DNA of 63,973 nucleotides, filler included, from Chiloscyllium plagiosum (GCF_004010195.1; 3 parts of one record of this genome joined end to end with filler, not necessarily neighbours in it), one strand, 5' to 3'; positions 1-13,549 are shown, counted from the first letter of the whole stretch. Made by a program: numbers and translations. Notes: generated by a model from the letters alone, not told the origin.

Positions 1-639
1 GCCATGATGGGGGCGGAAGTGACATCATTAGTCAGCGTGGGGTGGTAGCTGCATCAGCCGCATGGCTGATGGTGTTTCCGAGGCCAGGGGAATCTTCTGG
101 AATGTTTGAGGAGCACTGGTTATGGGGGTGGGTAGATAAAAGTTTGTTGTACTTAGTTTTTGATGTTTGAGATGGAATTGAAATACTGTTTGTTGAGAGC
201 ATGGATTCTCCTGAGGATTTAGTACAGAGTGGGTCCTTTGCAATTCTGAGAGAGTGTGGCCCTCGGCTGAGGCAGGGCTGACTGTAGAGAGGTTAGGTGC
301 CGGCGCATTGCTGCAAGCGTGGAGCGGAGGATCTTGAAGGAGAACCGTTGCTGGTGTTTTTGAATCTGTAGTCTGTACTGTTTGTCCTGTTCGGGTCCGA
401 ACTCTGCTGGTTTAAAGGTGGTCCGGAGTCCGTGTGGGATGAGTTGGTTACGGAGGCAGGCACTGAGGAAGCAAATGTGGCTGTGATAGCGACTTTGTTT
501 CAGGACATGGTTGAAGAGCTTCAGGGCAGAGGAAATGACCTGGGAGTTGCAGTGGGAGAGGGACTCCCTGAGATTAGGAAATGACCTGGGAGTTGCATTG
601 GGAGAGGGACTCCCTGAGATTAGGAAATGACCTGGGAGT
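1..639 (-). mobile_element. Penelope-like element, 5' ORF fragment
   Basis: Minus ORF 219-704 contains LFNHVLKQSRYHSHICFLSACLRNQLIPHGL, matching the H..FL..C....LIP.GL N-terminal motif of PLE ORFs; truncated against a CR1 at about 640. Confidence 0.7.
531..639. repeat. 46-bp tandem repeat (about 2.4 copies) at PLE/CR1 junction
   Basis: ggaaatgacctgggagttgcagtgggagagggactccctgagatta begins at 531, 577 and (partial) 623. Confidence 0.9.
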
Positions 640-2014
640 CCCGTGAGCCTGATGTCGCTGGTGGGAAAGATGTTAAAGGGAATCCTGAGGGACAGGATGT
701 ACATGTATTTGGAAAGGCAAGGACTGATTAGGGAGAATCAGCATAGCTTTGTGTGTGGGAAATCATGTCTCACAAACTTGAGTTTTTTGAAGAAGTAACA
801 AAGAGGATTGATGAGGGCAGAGCAGTAGGTGCAATCAATATGGACTTCAGTAAGGCGTTTGACAGGGTTCCCCATGGGAGACTAATTAGCAAGGTTAGAT
901 CTCACGGACTACAGGGAGAACTAGCCATTTGGATACAGAACTGGCTCAAAGGTAGAAGACAGAGGGTGGTGGTGGAGGATTGTTTTTCAGACTGGAGTTC
1001 TGTGACCAGTGGATTGCCACAAGGATCGTAGTTGGGTCCTTCACTTTTTATCATTTACATAAATGATTTGGATACGAGCATAAGAGGTACAGTTAATAAG
1101 TTTGCAGATGACACCAAAAATGGAGGTGTAGTGGACAGCGAAGAGAATTACCTCAGATTACAATAGAATCTGGACCAGATGGGCCAATGGGCTAAGAAAT
1201 GGCAGATGGAGTTAAATTCAAATAAATGCAAGGTGCTGCATTTTGGGAAGCAAATCTTAGCAGGACTTATACACTTAATGGTAAGGTCCTAGTGAGTGTT
1301 GCTGAACAAAGAGACCTTGGAGTGCAAGTTCATAGCTCCTTGAAAGTGGAGTCGCAGGTAGATAGGATAATGAAGAAGGCGTTTGGTATGCTTTCCTTTA
1401 TTGGTCAGAGTATTGAGTACAGGAGTTGGGAGGTCATGTTGCGGCTGTACAGGACATTGGTTAGGCCACTGTTGGAATTTTGCATGAAATTCTGGTCTCC
1501 TTCCTATCGGAAAGATGTTGTGAAACTTGAAAGGATTCAGCAAAGATTTACAAGGATGTTGCCAGGGTTGGAGGATTTGAGCTATACGGAGAGGCTGAAC
1601 AGGCTGGGGCTGCTTTTCCTGGAGCGTCGGAGGCTGAAGGATGACTTTATAGAGGTTTACAAAATTATGAGGGGCATGGATAGGGTAAATAGGCAAAGTC
1701 TTTTCTCTGGAGCCAAGGAGTCTAGAACTCGAGGGCATAGGCTTAGGATGAGAGGGGAAAGATATAAAAGAGACCTAAGGGGTAACTTGTCCACACAGAG
1801 GCTGTTACAGGTATGGAATGTGCTGCCAGAGGAAGTGGTGTGGTGGCTGGTACGATTGCAACATTTAAGAGGCTTTTGGATGGGTATATGAGTTGGAAGG
1901 GTTTGGAGGGATATGGGCTGGGCGCTGGCAGGTAGGACTAGATTGTGTTGGGATATCTGGTCGGCATGGACAGGTTGGACTGAAGGGTCTGTTTCCATGT
2001 TGTACATCTCTATG
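640..2014 (+). mobile_element. CR1/HER1-type LINE, 5'-truncated ORF2 (RT) plus 3' tail, decayed
   Basis: DFSKAFDRVPH, GLPQGS, FADD (tttgcagatgac at 1101), LYRTLVRPLLE; ends in gtacatctctatga; frameshifts and stops present. Confidence 0.95.
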
Positions 2015-2442
2015 AGGCTGGGGGTATTTTCCCTGGAGCATCAGAGGCTGAGGGGTGACCTTATAGAGGTTTACAAAGTCATGAGGGGTATGGATAGGGT
2101 AAATAGACAAAGTCTCTTCCCTGGGGTTGAGGAGTCCAGAGCTGGAGGGCATAGGTTTAGGGTGAGAGGGGAAAGATATAAAAGAGACCTAAGGGCCAAT
2201 TTTTTCACAAAGAGTGTGGTATGTGTATGAAATGAGCTGCCAGAGGAAGTGGTGGAGGCTGGTACAATTGCAACATTTAAGATGCATTTGGTTGGGTATA
2301 TGAATAGGAAGGGTTTGGAGGGATATGGGCTGGGTGCTGGCAGGTGGGACTGGATTGGGTTGCGATGTCTGGTCAGCATGGACGAGTTGGACTGAAGGGT
2401 CTGTTTCTGTGCTGTACATCTCTATGACTCTGTGACTCTATG
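2015..2442 (+). mobile_element. Second CR1/HER1 3' end in tandem
   Basis: Repeats the RLRGDLIEVYK region and 3' UTR of the preceding copy; tail catctctatgactctgtgactctatga. Confidence 0.93.
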
Positions 2443-2832
2443 AGATCTAAACTCCCTTTTACACATGCATTGGCAAAGCCATTAGATTATACATTCACAA
2501 AAAGAAACAAGCTCATTCAAAACAGTGACAATTTTCTGTATGTCATTCTGGCATAGCATAATATAGGCTCAGTTCAAAGTCCTTCTAAGGTTTCAATATT
2601 TATATAACCCTGCAGTGGAGGAAACAATTTGTTTAAAATCCAGCTCTGAGTCAAGGTTCGCTTTGTATTGTACAAGATTTAGCTGGAAATGATTGAAGTG
2701 CATATTATGTTGTTAAAAAAAAGCGTATGACAACTGGAAATAGATCCTGAGCCATTGGTACCCTCCTTCATGTCATTTATAGAATTTAGAAGCCTTTAAT
2801 GTTCAAGCAGTGATAATAGGAAAGATAAAACT

Positions 2833-3080
2833 ACATAGAACATAAAGACCATTAAACAGAGGAGCAGGAGTGCCCGTTGAGTTCATTCTGCCAAATGATG
2901 AGATCACAGCTGATCCGATAATCCTCAAATCCATTTTCCTACCTTTTCCCAGTGCCCTTGATTGCCATAGACATTTTTTAAAAATCTACCTCAGCCTTGA
3001 AGGTACTTAATGACTCGAAAGCCCTCGGTGGTAAAATATTCCACAGATTCAGGACTCTTTGAGTGAGAAAACTCTTTCCC
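2833..3080 (-). mobile_element. Old CR1-type LINE 3' fragment
   Basis: catagaacataaga tail followed by decayed antisense LINE 3' UTR, similar to 38133-38440. Confidence 0.55.
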
Positions 3081-4197
3081 AGCTATGTCAGAAATGTTCA
3101 ACTTCTTGTTCTGGAATCCTTGTAATAAAAACATTGCTAACAACAAGAAAATGCAACAATGAAGGTGCTGAGTGAGAATGAACTTGAAGCTGTAAGTTAC
3201 TGGCCTGAGAATCAAGGAAAATGGTTAAAGCTGAAATCCCATCAGCTGACATGGTGAGATTTGAACCCTTACCCTTAGGTCACAAGCTAGGCCCTGGCAG
3301 TACCACTATATTCTCTAAAAGCAGCACTCAAAGTGGGACACACAGACATAAGTTATTTGGTTGGTTATAATGTTCCACACAAGCTTCCTCCCAACCTTAT
3401 TCATATAAACCTGTCACTGTTACTTTCAATCTGATTTTTATTGTGAGCTTAACAGTTTCCCTTTAAATGCATTGATGAAAAAGAATGTCAAGTTCCCTGT
3501 TACAAAGAAAATGCATCTGTTTTAAAGGTTCAGCTGATAGTCTTGACTTCTTACATTACAGATGACATACTTTGAGCTTTTGTTTTTCAAATTCAGCAAT
3601 ATTTTTCTTCATTTAATTATAACTAAACGTCTCTTTCTATATAATTATAATTACATAGAAAGAAAGGCCAGAATTGCATATGAATGATTGGAAGTGATCA
3701 GACTTGTGGCACCAGAAGTGAAAAAAGGTACATTGTTGGCCAATTGCTTGACTGTATCAATGATCTGGAAACTCATGAACAATAAAGTCATGAATGGGCA
3801 GCTTCCAAAGTCAAGGCATCAACATTAATCAAGTCTAAATATTAGTTTTTCTTTTCACCTCAATATGTAAGGTCATGATCACCAGAGAAATGGCACAGAG
3901 TACATTGGTAGAGCTCTGACAAGTGTTCAGGTCCTGGAACTCTTCATCTCAGGCTCAAATTTGGCCAGTGAGATCCATGATGCATTGGTTTTAATTTTCC
4001 AAAAATCCCTTGAGATCAGAAGATAGAGAATGTTTCTCCTTTATTCAAAAAGAGGGACAGATAGGAGGCTGGAAACGACATGCCAGTTAGCTTAAGATCT
4101 ATCATAAGGAAAATGTGGACAAGTTCGTAGTAATCAGGTAGAATCAACATGGTTTTGTGAAAGGGAAATCATGTTTGACTAATCTATTGGAGTTACA

Positions 4198-6590
4198 GTG
4201 ATAGAGTATTACAGCATAGAAAGAGGACTTTTGGCCCATTGTGTCCATGCTAATCTTACCTACACTAATCCAAGCACTTACCTACACTAATCCAAGCACT
4301 TACTTACACTGATCCAAGCACTTGGCCCACAATCTTGCATGCTATTGCATTTCAATTGTTCATCTGAAAACTTCTTACATGTTGTAATGGTTTCTGCTTC
4401 TAATTCAGGCAATGACTTCTACATACCTACCTTACTGTCAGTGGAAAGAAATTCTCCTTAAGTCCCTTCTAAACTTCCTGCCTTAGAACTATGCCCCTTG
4501 GCCATTGGCTCCTCTAATAAGGGGAATAATTTATTCCTATTGACCCTATCTATGCCTATCTAAGTTTGATTAATTTCAATCCAATGCCCCCTCTGCATTC
4601 GCTGTTCTGGGGAAAATAATTGCAGCCTATCTCGTTTCTCTTCATAGCTGACATGCTCCAGCCCAGGTAACATCCTGGTCAATCTCAGCTGCATCCTCTC
4701 CAGTGAAATTACATTCCTCCTATGGTGTGGTGACCAGATTTGCACATAGTACTGTAGCAGTGCCCTAAGTAACATTATATACAGCTCTACCATAGCCTCC
4801 TTGTTCTTGCATTCAATGCCTCACCTTCTTAACGACCTTATCCATTTGTACTGCTAACTTCAAGAATCTATGGACATGAACAGCAAGATCCCTGTGATCT
4901 TCTGTATTGAACGATCCATTCAACATGTACTCCCTTAAATTGTTCGTCCTCCCAAAATACATTGTTTCACACTTTTCAAGATAAACTACATTTGCTATTG
5001 CTCTGCCCATCTTGCCAGCTTATTTCTATCTCCCTGCAGTTTAAAACTTTCTTCCTCACTGTTTATCATACCACTAATTTTAATGTAATCTGTGAACTTG
5101 GTGATAAAACCTCTTTTAACTATGACCAAATCATTAATGTACACTACAAACAGCAAGGGACCCAGCACCGAACCTTGTAGTATGCCACTGAACAAAGGAT
5201 CTGAGCCACAAAAACAGCCATCAATAGCTACTTTTGGATCCAATTTGCCAATTTGACATGGATGCCAAGCGATCTTATCCTCTTGACTAGTTTCTGATGC
5301 AGCTTCTTGTCAAAAACCTTACTGAGGTCAAATCAACTGCATTACTTTGATCCATAAACCTTGTAATTTCCTCAAAAAAATTCAAATTTGTCAGACATGA
5401 TCTTTCTCTGACAAATGCATACGGTTATCCTTAATTACTCCTTGTCTCCCCAAAATTCTATCCCTCAGATATTTGTTTCCAAAGTTTTCCCAACCACTCA
5501 TATTAGACTAGCCGGGCTATTGTTCCCTGGTTTGTCCTTACCACTCAAAACTGGCTTCCAGTCCTCAGGCATCTCCCTGATTTCCAGAGAGGGTTTTAAA
5601 ATCCTTAATTCCCTCTGCAAGCTTCTGGTCTGCCTCCCTCAGCAGCCTTGGATATATTTCCTTTGGACTGAGGGAGTTTTCCAATTTTAAACCTGCTAAA
5701 ACTGATTATAACCACACCTTTCAATTTTAATTTGTTCAAATATTTCACAGTTGTCTTCCTGAACCTCCTCACCCTCGTCATTCTTTTCTACCATGAATAT
5801 AGGTGGAAAATATCAATTTAAACCCTCAGCTATGTCCTCCAGTTCCATACACAGATTGCCACCTTTGTTCTGAATGCACCTCACTATTTCATGTTTATCC
5901 TCTTTCTTCTAATATTCTTTCAAATGCCTTTAAATTATCCTTTATTTTACCCACTAGTGTTTTTAATACAACCTTTCTAATCTCCTAATTTCTTTTTTAA
6001 GTAACCCTCTGGAGTTACCTACAGTTTTAAAAATCACACAACACCAGGTTATAGTCCAACGGGTTTATTTGGAAGCATTAGCTTTCAGAGCGCTGCTCCT
6101 TCATCTGGTGGTATAACCTGGTGTTGTGTGATTTTTAACTTGTACACTCCAGTCCAACACTAGCACCTCCAAATCATGACTACCTACAGTTTCTCCTGTT
6201 TTTAGCCCTTGACTCCTTCCACAAGATTTTCTATTTTTCTTTATCCGATCCTGTATGTACTTTGACATTCAACATTTCCTAGACTTGCTTGGCTCCCCCT
6301 TCACATTTACAGGAACATGTTTATCCTGTATTCTCACTTCTCCCTTTTTTAAATGATTCCAACTACACTTGTGTTGATTTTTCTACCAGAAGCTGCTCAC
6401 AGTCCACTTTGACCAGTTCATACTTTATATTTAAATTGGCCTTCCCCCAATTCAGAATGTTTATTTCAGGTCCAATTTTGGCTATTTCCAGAAAGTATTC
6501 ATACCTTGCAGAATTGTCGGCACTATTACCGAAATGCACCCCCTCTGATACTTCTCACACTTCTGTTCCCCAAAATTAAGTCCAACAGTT
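4198..6590 (-). mobile_element. CR1-type LINE, decayed ORF2 and 3' tail
   Basis: Minus ORFs give QGSVLGPLLFVVYINDL, KFTD (FADD remnant) and YVQIWSPH; a 22-bp unit cttacctacactaatccaagca occurs three times at 4255-4320 in the tail. Confidence 0.9.
6028..6180. mobile_element. Short PLE terminal-repeat insertion with inverted arms and 12-bp TSD
   Basis: aaaatcacacaacaccaggttata and tataacctggtgttgtgtgatttt are inverted; TSD tacctacagttt at 6016-6027 and 6181-6192; decayed hammerhead core on the minus strand. Confidence 0.8.
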
Positions 6591-6796
6591 ATAAACAGTT
6601 TTGAGACAGTGACATGTGTTAAGTACATAAAGGAACCGGTAGATGTACCGCACCTTGATTGCTAGAAGGCTTTGGACAAGATTCTATATCAAAACTTTGT
6701 GCAGAAAATAAAAGCCCATGGTGGAGGAGATAACAATGTGAAATGGATAAAAGATTGTATGGTTAACAGAAAACAGACAGTAGATGCAAATAATCT

Positions 6797-7062
6797 TAAA
6801 AATCACACAACACCAGGTTACAGTCCAACAGGTTTAATCAGAAGCACTAGCTTTCGGAGCGCTGCTCCTTCATCAAGTAGTTGTGGAGTACACAATTGTA
6901 AGACACAGAATTTATAGCAGAATTTTTAACAGAATTTATTGCTATAAATTGTATCTCTTACAATTGTGTACTCCACAACCACCTGATGAAGGGATAGCAT
7001 TTTGAAAGCTCGTGCTTCCAATTAAACCTGTTGGACTATAACCTAGTGTTGTGTAATTTTTA
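6797..7062. mobile_element. Inverted (hairpin) pair of PLE terminal repeats with a hammerhead motif in each arm
   Basis: About 120-bp arms are reverse complements; plus core ctgatga...gaaagct at 6983-7010; minus core ttgatgaaggagcagcgctccgaaagcta at about 6848-6876. Confidence 0.8.
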
Positions 7063-8115
7063 ACTTCATGATTGAAGTGATAATCCTCAACTCCACTTTC
7101 ATGTCTTTTCTCCATAACCCTTGATACCATTTACTGATTGAGAAAATCTGTCTATAGCAATCCTGAATATAATTAATGGCCCAGCCTCGACAGCCCTCCC
7201 CAGTACAGAATTCCACAGACTTATTACCCTCTGACTGAAAAGAAATCCTCCATATATATGTCTTGAATGTGCGACCTTATTGCCAGATTATTCCCTCTGT
7301 TCCTACACTCTCACAGGGGGAAACCCCTATCTGCATCAGTCCTGTCAATGCCCTTAAGAATGTTATGTATTTCAATAAGGCCTACGTTTTCTAAGTTCCG
7401 ATGAGCATAGGCTCAGCCTACTCCATCTTTCTCATAAGAAAATTGCTCCATATCTGGAATCAGTGAGTGAACCTTCTCTGGACTGCATCCATTGCCAGTA
7501 TGTATTTTCTTAGATATGGGTCCCAAAACCTGTTTCCAGTATTTTAGCTTTGGTCTGACTAGTGACTTGTATATTTTAACAAAACCTTCCTACTTTAATA
7601 CATCATTCCTTTTGAAATTAAGGTCAATTTTGCACCAGCCTTCTGCATTTCCTGCTGACCTTGGATGTGCCAAATTTGCCATTCATGCAAACCACACCTC
7701 TGCCCCAATTCCTCTGTACGTCAGCTTTCTGCAATCATGCACAATTTAAATAATGTTCAGCTCCTCTTGCCTCCCTGCCAAAGTGCACAACCTTACATCT
7801 TCCCACATTAATTTCCAGCTGCCAAATCCTGTTCAGCCATGTATCCTGTCTATATTGGACCCTAGACTGTTTTTATCATCCTCATCATTTGCCACCCAAC
7901 TTGGTTTTGTTCAATCCATAAACTTGGCAAGAGTAAATTCACTTCCATCATCCGAGTCATGAACATATAAATAATTGCACCCCAGCACTGATCCCTGTGG
8001 CACTCCACTAGTTACAGATTGCCAACAGAAAAATACCTCCCTCATTGCAACTGGTCATCTAATCATTAACCAAATCCCTGTCCATACTAATTTACTACCA
8101 CCAACACCATTAGCT

Positions 8116-8935
8116 TTTTGATTTTATTTGATTTATTATTGTCAAATGTATTATGATACAGTGAAAAATACTGTTTTACATTGTATCCAGACAAATCACA
8201 CTAACATAAGTACATTAGGGTAATAAAACAATATGCAGAATATAGTGTTACAGCTACAGAGAAGGTGCAGAGAAAGGTGAATTCTATTATATGTGAGGTC
8301 CGTTCATAAGTCTGATAACAGCAGGAAAGAAGTTGTCCTTTAATCTGTTATTATGTGTTTTCAAACTTGTGTTTCTTCTGTGTGATAAAAGAGGGTGGAA
8401 GAGAGTATATCCAGGGTGGGTAGGGTCTTTGATTATGTTGGCTACTTTCCCAAGAAAATAGTAAGTGTGGATAGAGTCATGGAAGGAAGACTGGTTTTCA
8501 TGATGGACTGGGCTGATTAGATTAGATTACTTACAGTGTGGAAACAGGCCCTTCGGCCCAACAAGTCCACACCGCCCCGCCGAAGCGCAACCCATACCCC
8601 TACATGTACCCCTTACCTAACACTACGGGCAATTTAGCATGGCCAATTCACCTGACCTGCACATCTTTGGACTGTGGAAGGAAACCGGAGCACCAGGAGG
8701 AAACCCATGCAGACACGGGGAGAACGTGCAAACTCCACACAGTCAGTCGCCTGAGGCGGGAATTGAACCCGGGTCTCTGGCACTGTGAGGCAGCAGTGCT
8801 AAGCACTGTGCCACCGTGCCGCCCACAACTCTTGAATTTCTTACGGTACTGGGCAGAGCTGTTACTGTACCACGCTGTGATCCATCTAGATAAGAAACTT
8901 TCTCTGGTGTATCTGTAAAAATTGGTAAGAGTCAT
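8116..8935 (-). mobile_element. Rex1/Babar-like LINE 3' fragment with nested HE1 SINE
   Basis: tttattattgtca...tacagtgaaaa type 3' tail; minus ORF gives LTNFYR.T.ES.L...ITAWY.N.SAQ, typical of Rex1 ORF C-termini. Confidence 0.7.
8516..8824 (-). mobile_element. HE1-type V-SINE (tRNA-derived), full length
   Basis: Reverse complement of gggcggcacggtggcacagtg...gggttcaattcc (Pol III A/B boxes), V-domain and aatct tail. Confidence 0.92.
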
Positions 8936-9208
8936 TATAGCCTTTTGGAAATCCAAATATATCACATCTGCAGGTTCTCCTTTATCTATTCTGCTTGTCA
9001 CTTCCTCAAATTCCTTTAATAGGTTTGTCAGGTATTAATTGCCCTTGTGAACAAGATTTGATAAGATGCCACGTAAAAATGTAAAAGATAATTGGCTGAC
9101 CCATAGAAGACAGAGGGTGTTGGTTGATGGAAAGGAGTCAGTCTAGAGCTCAGTGACCAGTAGTGTTCCACAGGAATTGGTTCTGGGAATTCTGCCTTTT
9201 GTGATTTT

Positions 9209-11895
9209 GGAGACTTGGATATCACAGGGGCAGAATGGTTGTTAGATGTTCCAGGGTTTAGATGTTTCAAAAGGAATAAGAGGGAAGGTAAAAGAGGTAC
9301 ATGAGCGGCATTGCTAATCAGGGATAGTATCACAGCTGCAGAAAGAGAGATCATCGAGGAGGTTTGTCTCCAGAGTCAGTATAGGTAGAAGTCAGAAACA
9401 GGAAAGGAGCAGAAACTATATTGAGAGTTTTCTACAGCTTCCCCCCCCCCCCTCCCCCCCCCCAATATCAACAGAGACACAGAGGAGCAGATTGGGAGGC
9501 AGATTTTAGAAAAGTGCAGAAGTAACAGAGTTGTTGTCATGGGTGACTTTAACTTCTCTAATATTGATTGGAACCTACTTAGTTCAAATTGTTTGGATGG
9601 AACAGTTTTTGTCTGGTTTGTCCAGGAAGGGTTCCTGATGTTATATGTCAACAGGCCAACGAGATGGGAGGACAAATTGGATTTGGTGATTGGCAATGAA
9701 CCATGCCAGGTGTCAGATCTCTTGGGGGAGAGCATTTTGGTGATAGTGATCACAACTCCATGACCTTTACTGTACTCATGGAGAGGGATAGGAGCAGACA
9801 GTATGGGAAAGTGTTTAATTGGGGATGGAGGAATTACAATGCTATTAGGCAAGAACTGGGGTGCCTAAGTTAGGAACAGATGTTCTCAGGGAATTGTACA
9901 ACAGAAATGTGAAGGTTATTTAGGAAGGACTTGCTGGTAGTGCTGGACAGGTTTGTCCCAATGAGGCAAGGAAGGGATGGTAGATTGAAAGAATCTTGGA
10001 TGACAAGGGATGTAGAACATACAGTCAAGTAGAAGAAGGAAGCTTACTTAAGGCTGAGGAGGCAGAATCTGACAGGGCTTTAGAGGGGTACAGCAGAATA
10101 GACTTAGGAGAGCTAGAAGGGGGCATGAAAAAGCTTTAGTGGGCAGAATTAAGGAAAACCCTAAGGTGTCCTGCAGTTATGCGAGGAACAAGAGGATGGC
10201 CAGAGTGAAGGTAGGATCGATCAGGGATAATGGAAGGAACTTGTGCCTGGAGTTGGAGGAAGTAGGGGAAGTCTTTAATGAATACTCTGCTTCAGTATTC
10301 ATTACTAAGCAGGACCTTGACATTTCTGAGTCCAACATGGAACAGACTAGTATGCTAGAACAAGTTGATGCTAGGAAGGATGATGTGCTGAAAATTTTGA
10401 AAAACATAAGGATAGATAAATCCACTGGGCCAGGTGGTATAAAGCCGAGGTTGCTACAGGAAGCAAGGGAAGAGATTGCTGCACCTTTGGCAATGATCGT
10501 TGCGTTCTCACTATCCACTGGAGTAGTGCCAGATGATTGGAGGGTGGCAAATGTTATTCCCTTGTTCAAGAAAGGGAATAGGGATTTATCCTGGGAATTA
10601 CAGACAAGTCAGTTTTACATCAGTAGTGTGGCAAGTTATTGGAGAAACAGGATTTATGATTACTTGGAAAGCCGTGGTTTTATTAGAGATAGTCAGCATG
10701 GCTTTGTGAGGGGCAGGTCATGCCTCATAAACTTGATTGAATTCTTTGAGGATGTGACAAAACACATTGATGAAAGTAGAGCAGTGGATATGGCGTACAT
10801 GGATTTTAACAAGGCGTTTGATAAGGTTCCCCATGGTAGGGTCATTCAGAAACTAAGGAGACATGGGATACAGGGAAATCTGGATTCAGAATTGGCTGAC
10901 CCATAGAAGACAAAGGGTGGTGGTTGATGGAAAGGAGTCAGTCTAGAGCTCAGTGACCAGTAGTGTTCCGCAGGGATTGGTTCTGGGACTTCTGCCTTTT
11001 GTGATTTTTATAAATGACTTGGATGAGGAATTGGAAGGGTGGGTTGGTAAGTTTGCCGATGACACAAAAGTTGATGGAGTTGTGGATAGTGTGGAGTGCT
11101 GTTGTAGGTTGCAACGAGACATTGACAGGATACAGAACTGGGCTGATAAGGGTCAGATGGAGTTCAACCTGGAAAAGTGTGATGTGATTCACTTTGGAAG
11201 ATTGAATGCAGAATGCAGGGTTAAAAGGATCTTGGGGTCCATGTCTATAGATCCCTCAAAGTTGCCACCCAGGTTGATAGGGTTGTTAAGAAGGAGTATG
11301 GTGTGTTGGCTTTCATTAGCAGGGGGATTGAAATGATGAGCCACGAGGTTATGCTGCAGCTCTGTAGAGCCCTAGTTAGACAACACTTAGAATATTGTGC
11401 TTGGTTTTGGTCGCCTCATTGTAGGAAGGATGTGGAAGCTTTAGAGAGGGTGCAGAGAAGATTTACCAGGATGCTATTTGGACTGGAGGGCATGTCTTAT
11501 GAAGAAAGGTTGAGGGAGTTAGGGCTTTTCTCATTGGAGCTAAGAAGGATGAGAGGTGACTTGGTAGAAGTGTACAAGATGAGAGGCATAGATAGAGTGG
11601 ATAGCCAGAGACATTTTCCCATGGGAATAATTTTAAGGTAATTGGAGGAAGGTTTAAGGGAGATGTCAGAGGTTGGTTCTTTGCACAGAGAGTGGTGGGT
11701 TTGTGGAATGCACTTCCAGCAATGGTAATAGAGTCAGATACATCAGGTTACATTTAAGTGACTCCTGGATAGGCATATAAATAATAATACAATGAAGGGT
11801 TTGTAGGTTAGCCTGATCTTAGAGTAGGTTAAAAGGCTGGCACAACATCAAGTGCCAAAGATCCTGTTCTGTGCTGTACTGTTCTACGTTCTATC
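9209..11895 (+). mobile_element. CR1/HER1-type LINE, most of ORF2 (APE endonuclease and RT) plus tail, decayed
   Basis: MGDFNF.NIDW (endonuclease), DWRVANVIPLFKKG, QHGFVRGRSCL, DFNKAFDKVPH, KFADDTK; tail tgtactgttctacgttctat. Confidence 0.95.
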
Positions 11896-11959
11896 AGAGC
11901 TAATGGAGTTTGAGGTCATACAGTTGCATGTGGAGATGTCTGGTGAATGAACAGGAAGC

Positions 11960-12940
11960 ATAGAAATTAAAGAAGCATTATCAAATTGGCAAGCAGTGAA
12001 CTGTGGAGTGATGTGAGGATCAGCGCTGGGGTCTCTGGCAGATAATTTACATTAATGACTAGATGAAGCGATGTAGAGTAATGTATGTAAGTTTGCTGAT
12101 AATACAAAACTAAAAGGGAAACTATGGATGGGGTACACAGAGAGGCTAAATAGAGACTGGATAAGTTAAGTGAATGGGCAGCAAGCTGAAAAATGGACCA
12201 TAGTACAGGGATATATGAAGTTATTGATTTTGGCATTTAAAATAAATAAAAGCAGCATATTTGTTAAAAGGAGAGAAATTTGAAATGTGTTCATAGAGGC
12301 ATGGGTGCGCTTATATGAGGGAGACTGATACTTAGCAGTCAAGTACAACAAGCAATAAGGAAGCCGAATGGCACATCAGCCTTGATTGCAAAGGGATTAG
12401 AGTACAGGAACAAGTAGTCTTGTTACAATAATACAGGGACTTGGTGAGACAACATCTGGAGTACTCTGTGTAGATTTGGTCTTCTCCTTTATGAAAGATA
12501 TATTTGTGTCACTGAAATCAGTGCCTGAGATGAAGAGGTCATTCTATGATGAGAGACATAGTATATTTGGCTATCGTCATTGAAAATTGCAAACTTATGA
12601 AGGCATTCAATAGTTTAGCCACTAGGAGGTTGTTTCAGCTGATCAGCAGATTCAAAAATAAAGGGGACATTTTCAGGATAAAAGGCTGATCATTTAGGAT
12701 TGAGATAAAGTGAAATTGCTTCTTTCATAAGGTTGTGTATCTTTACAATTTTTTCCCCCACTGGGGTGTATATGCTCCATTATTAAATACAGTTAAGGCT
12801 GGGGTAAACAGATTTTGCTCTATCAAGAAATTAGGGCATGGGGAATAGACTGATAGATGAAATTGAAACTTAATGGCAGCCATGATCATGTTGAATCCTG
12901 GAGTAGACTTAACAGGCCATTACTCCTATTATTGAGTTCT
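11960..12940 (+). mobile_element. Old, highly decayed CR1-type LINE 3' part
   Basis: aagtttgctgataatacaaa (KFAD.TK remnant) and ttggtgagacaacatctggagtac (LVR.HLEY). Confidence 0.7.
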
Positions 12941-13549
12941 TGTGCCTGTCAGTTCAGAGTTTGATCGACAGCTCCAAGTGGTTATGAAGTCTTTAATGGA
13001 AATCTATGAATATAAATGCTTTTCTTTTATGAGGGATTAAACACTTGAATAAGATAACTGCTTTTATAAGGGATAAAGCACGTATGAAACGTATACTTTT
13101 ATAAGGGATTATATGTTGAAAGAATGGAAAATGTAGTGAATGATGTTTTATCAATGAGTGTCATTTGCTTTCAGAACTCTACATGAAACACTTCAACTTC
13201 CTTTATTTAATCTCAGCATGAGTCCTGAGGTCTGACCAATGCAGATGTTGAATGAGTTAGCATTCAGATTGTAAGGGCAAAGGTTCCATGGGTCATGGAC
13301 AGGGAGTGAAGTGCAATGGGTTGACATGGATAGGATATGGGAAGTGTCTGGAAGGTGATGCTGTGTGAGGGCTGAGGACTGAAGGAGTGTTTTCAGTTTT
13401 ACTGTTTTTTGGCATCTAGGAAATTCTCTTAGATTACTAAGCTGGTTCCACTTCACTGCCCACCTCTGCAACCAATAGCTGTGATGGCTGTTTCCTAACA
13501 CTTTTGGAGTGTGGGGGAGGAATGCGGGTGACAGACCTGACTCCTATTC

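Larger units (their letters stand above)
3960..6795 (+). mobile_element. Old CR1 RT fragment (3960-4195 and about 6600-6795) split by a nested antisense CR1
   Basis: QHGFVKGKSCLTNL-type sequence at 4145-4190 resumes as a decayed D.AFDK-type sequence at about 6640-6690. Confidence 0.65.
7065..9035 (-). mobile_element. Old CR1-type LINE (7065-8115 and about 8935-9035) interrupted by a Rex1-like insertion
   Basis: Antisense GVPQGSVLG (cccagcactgatccctgtggcactcc at 7981) and RIDKGEPADVIYLDFQKA at about 8940-9000. Confidence 0.75.
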
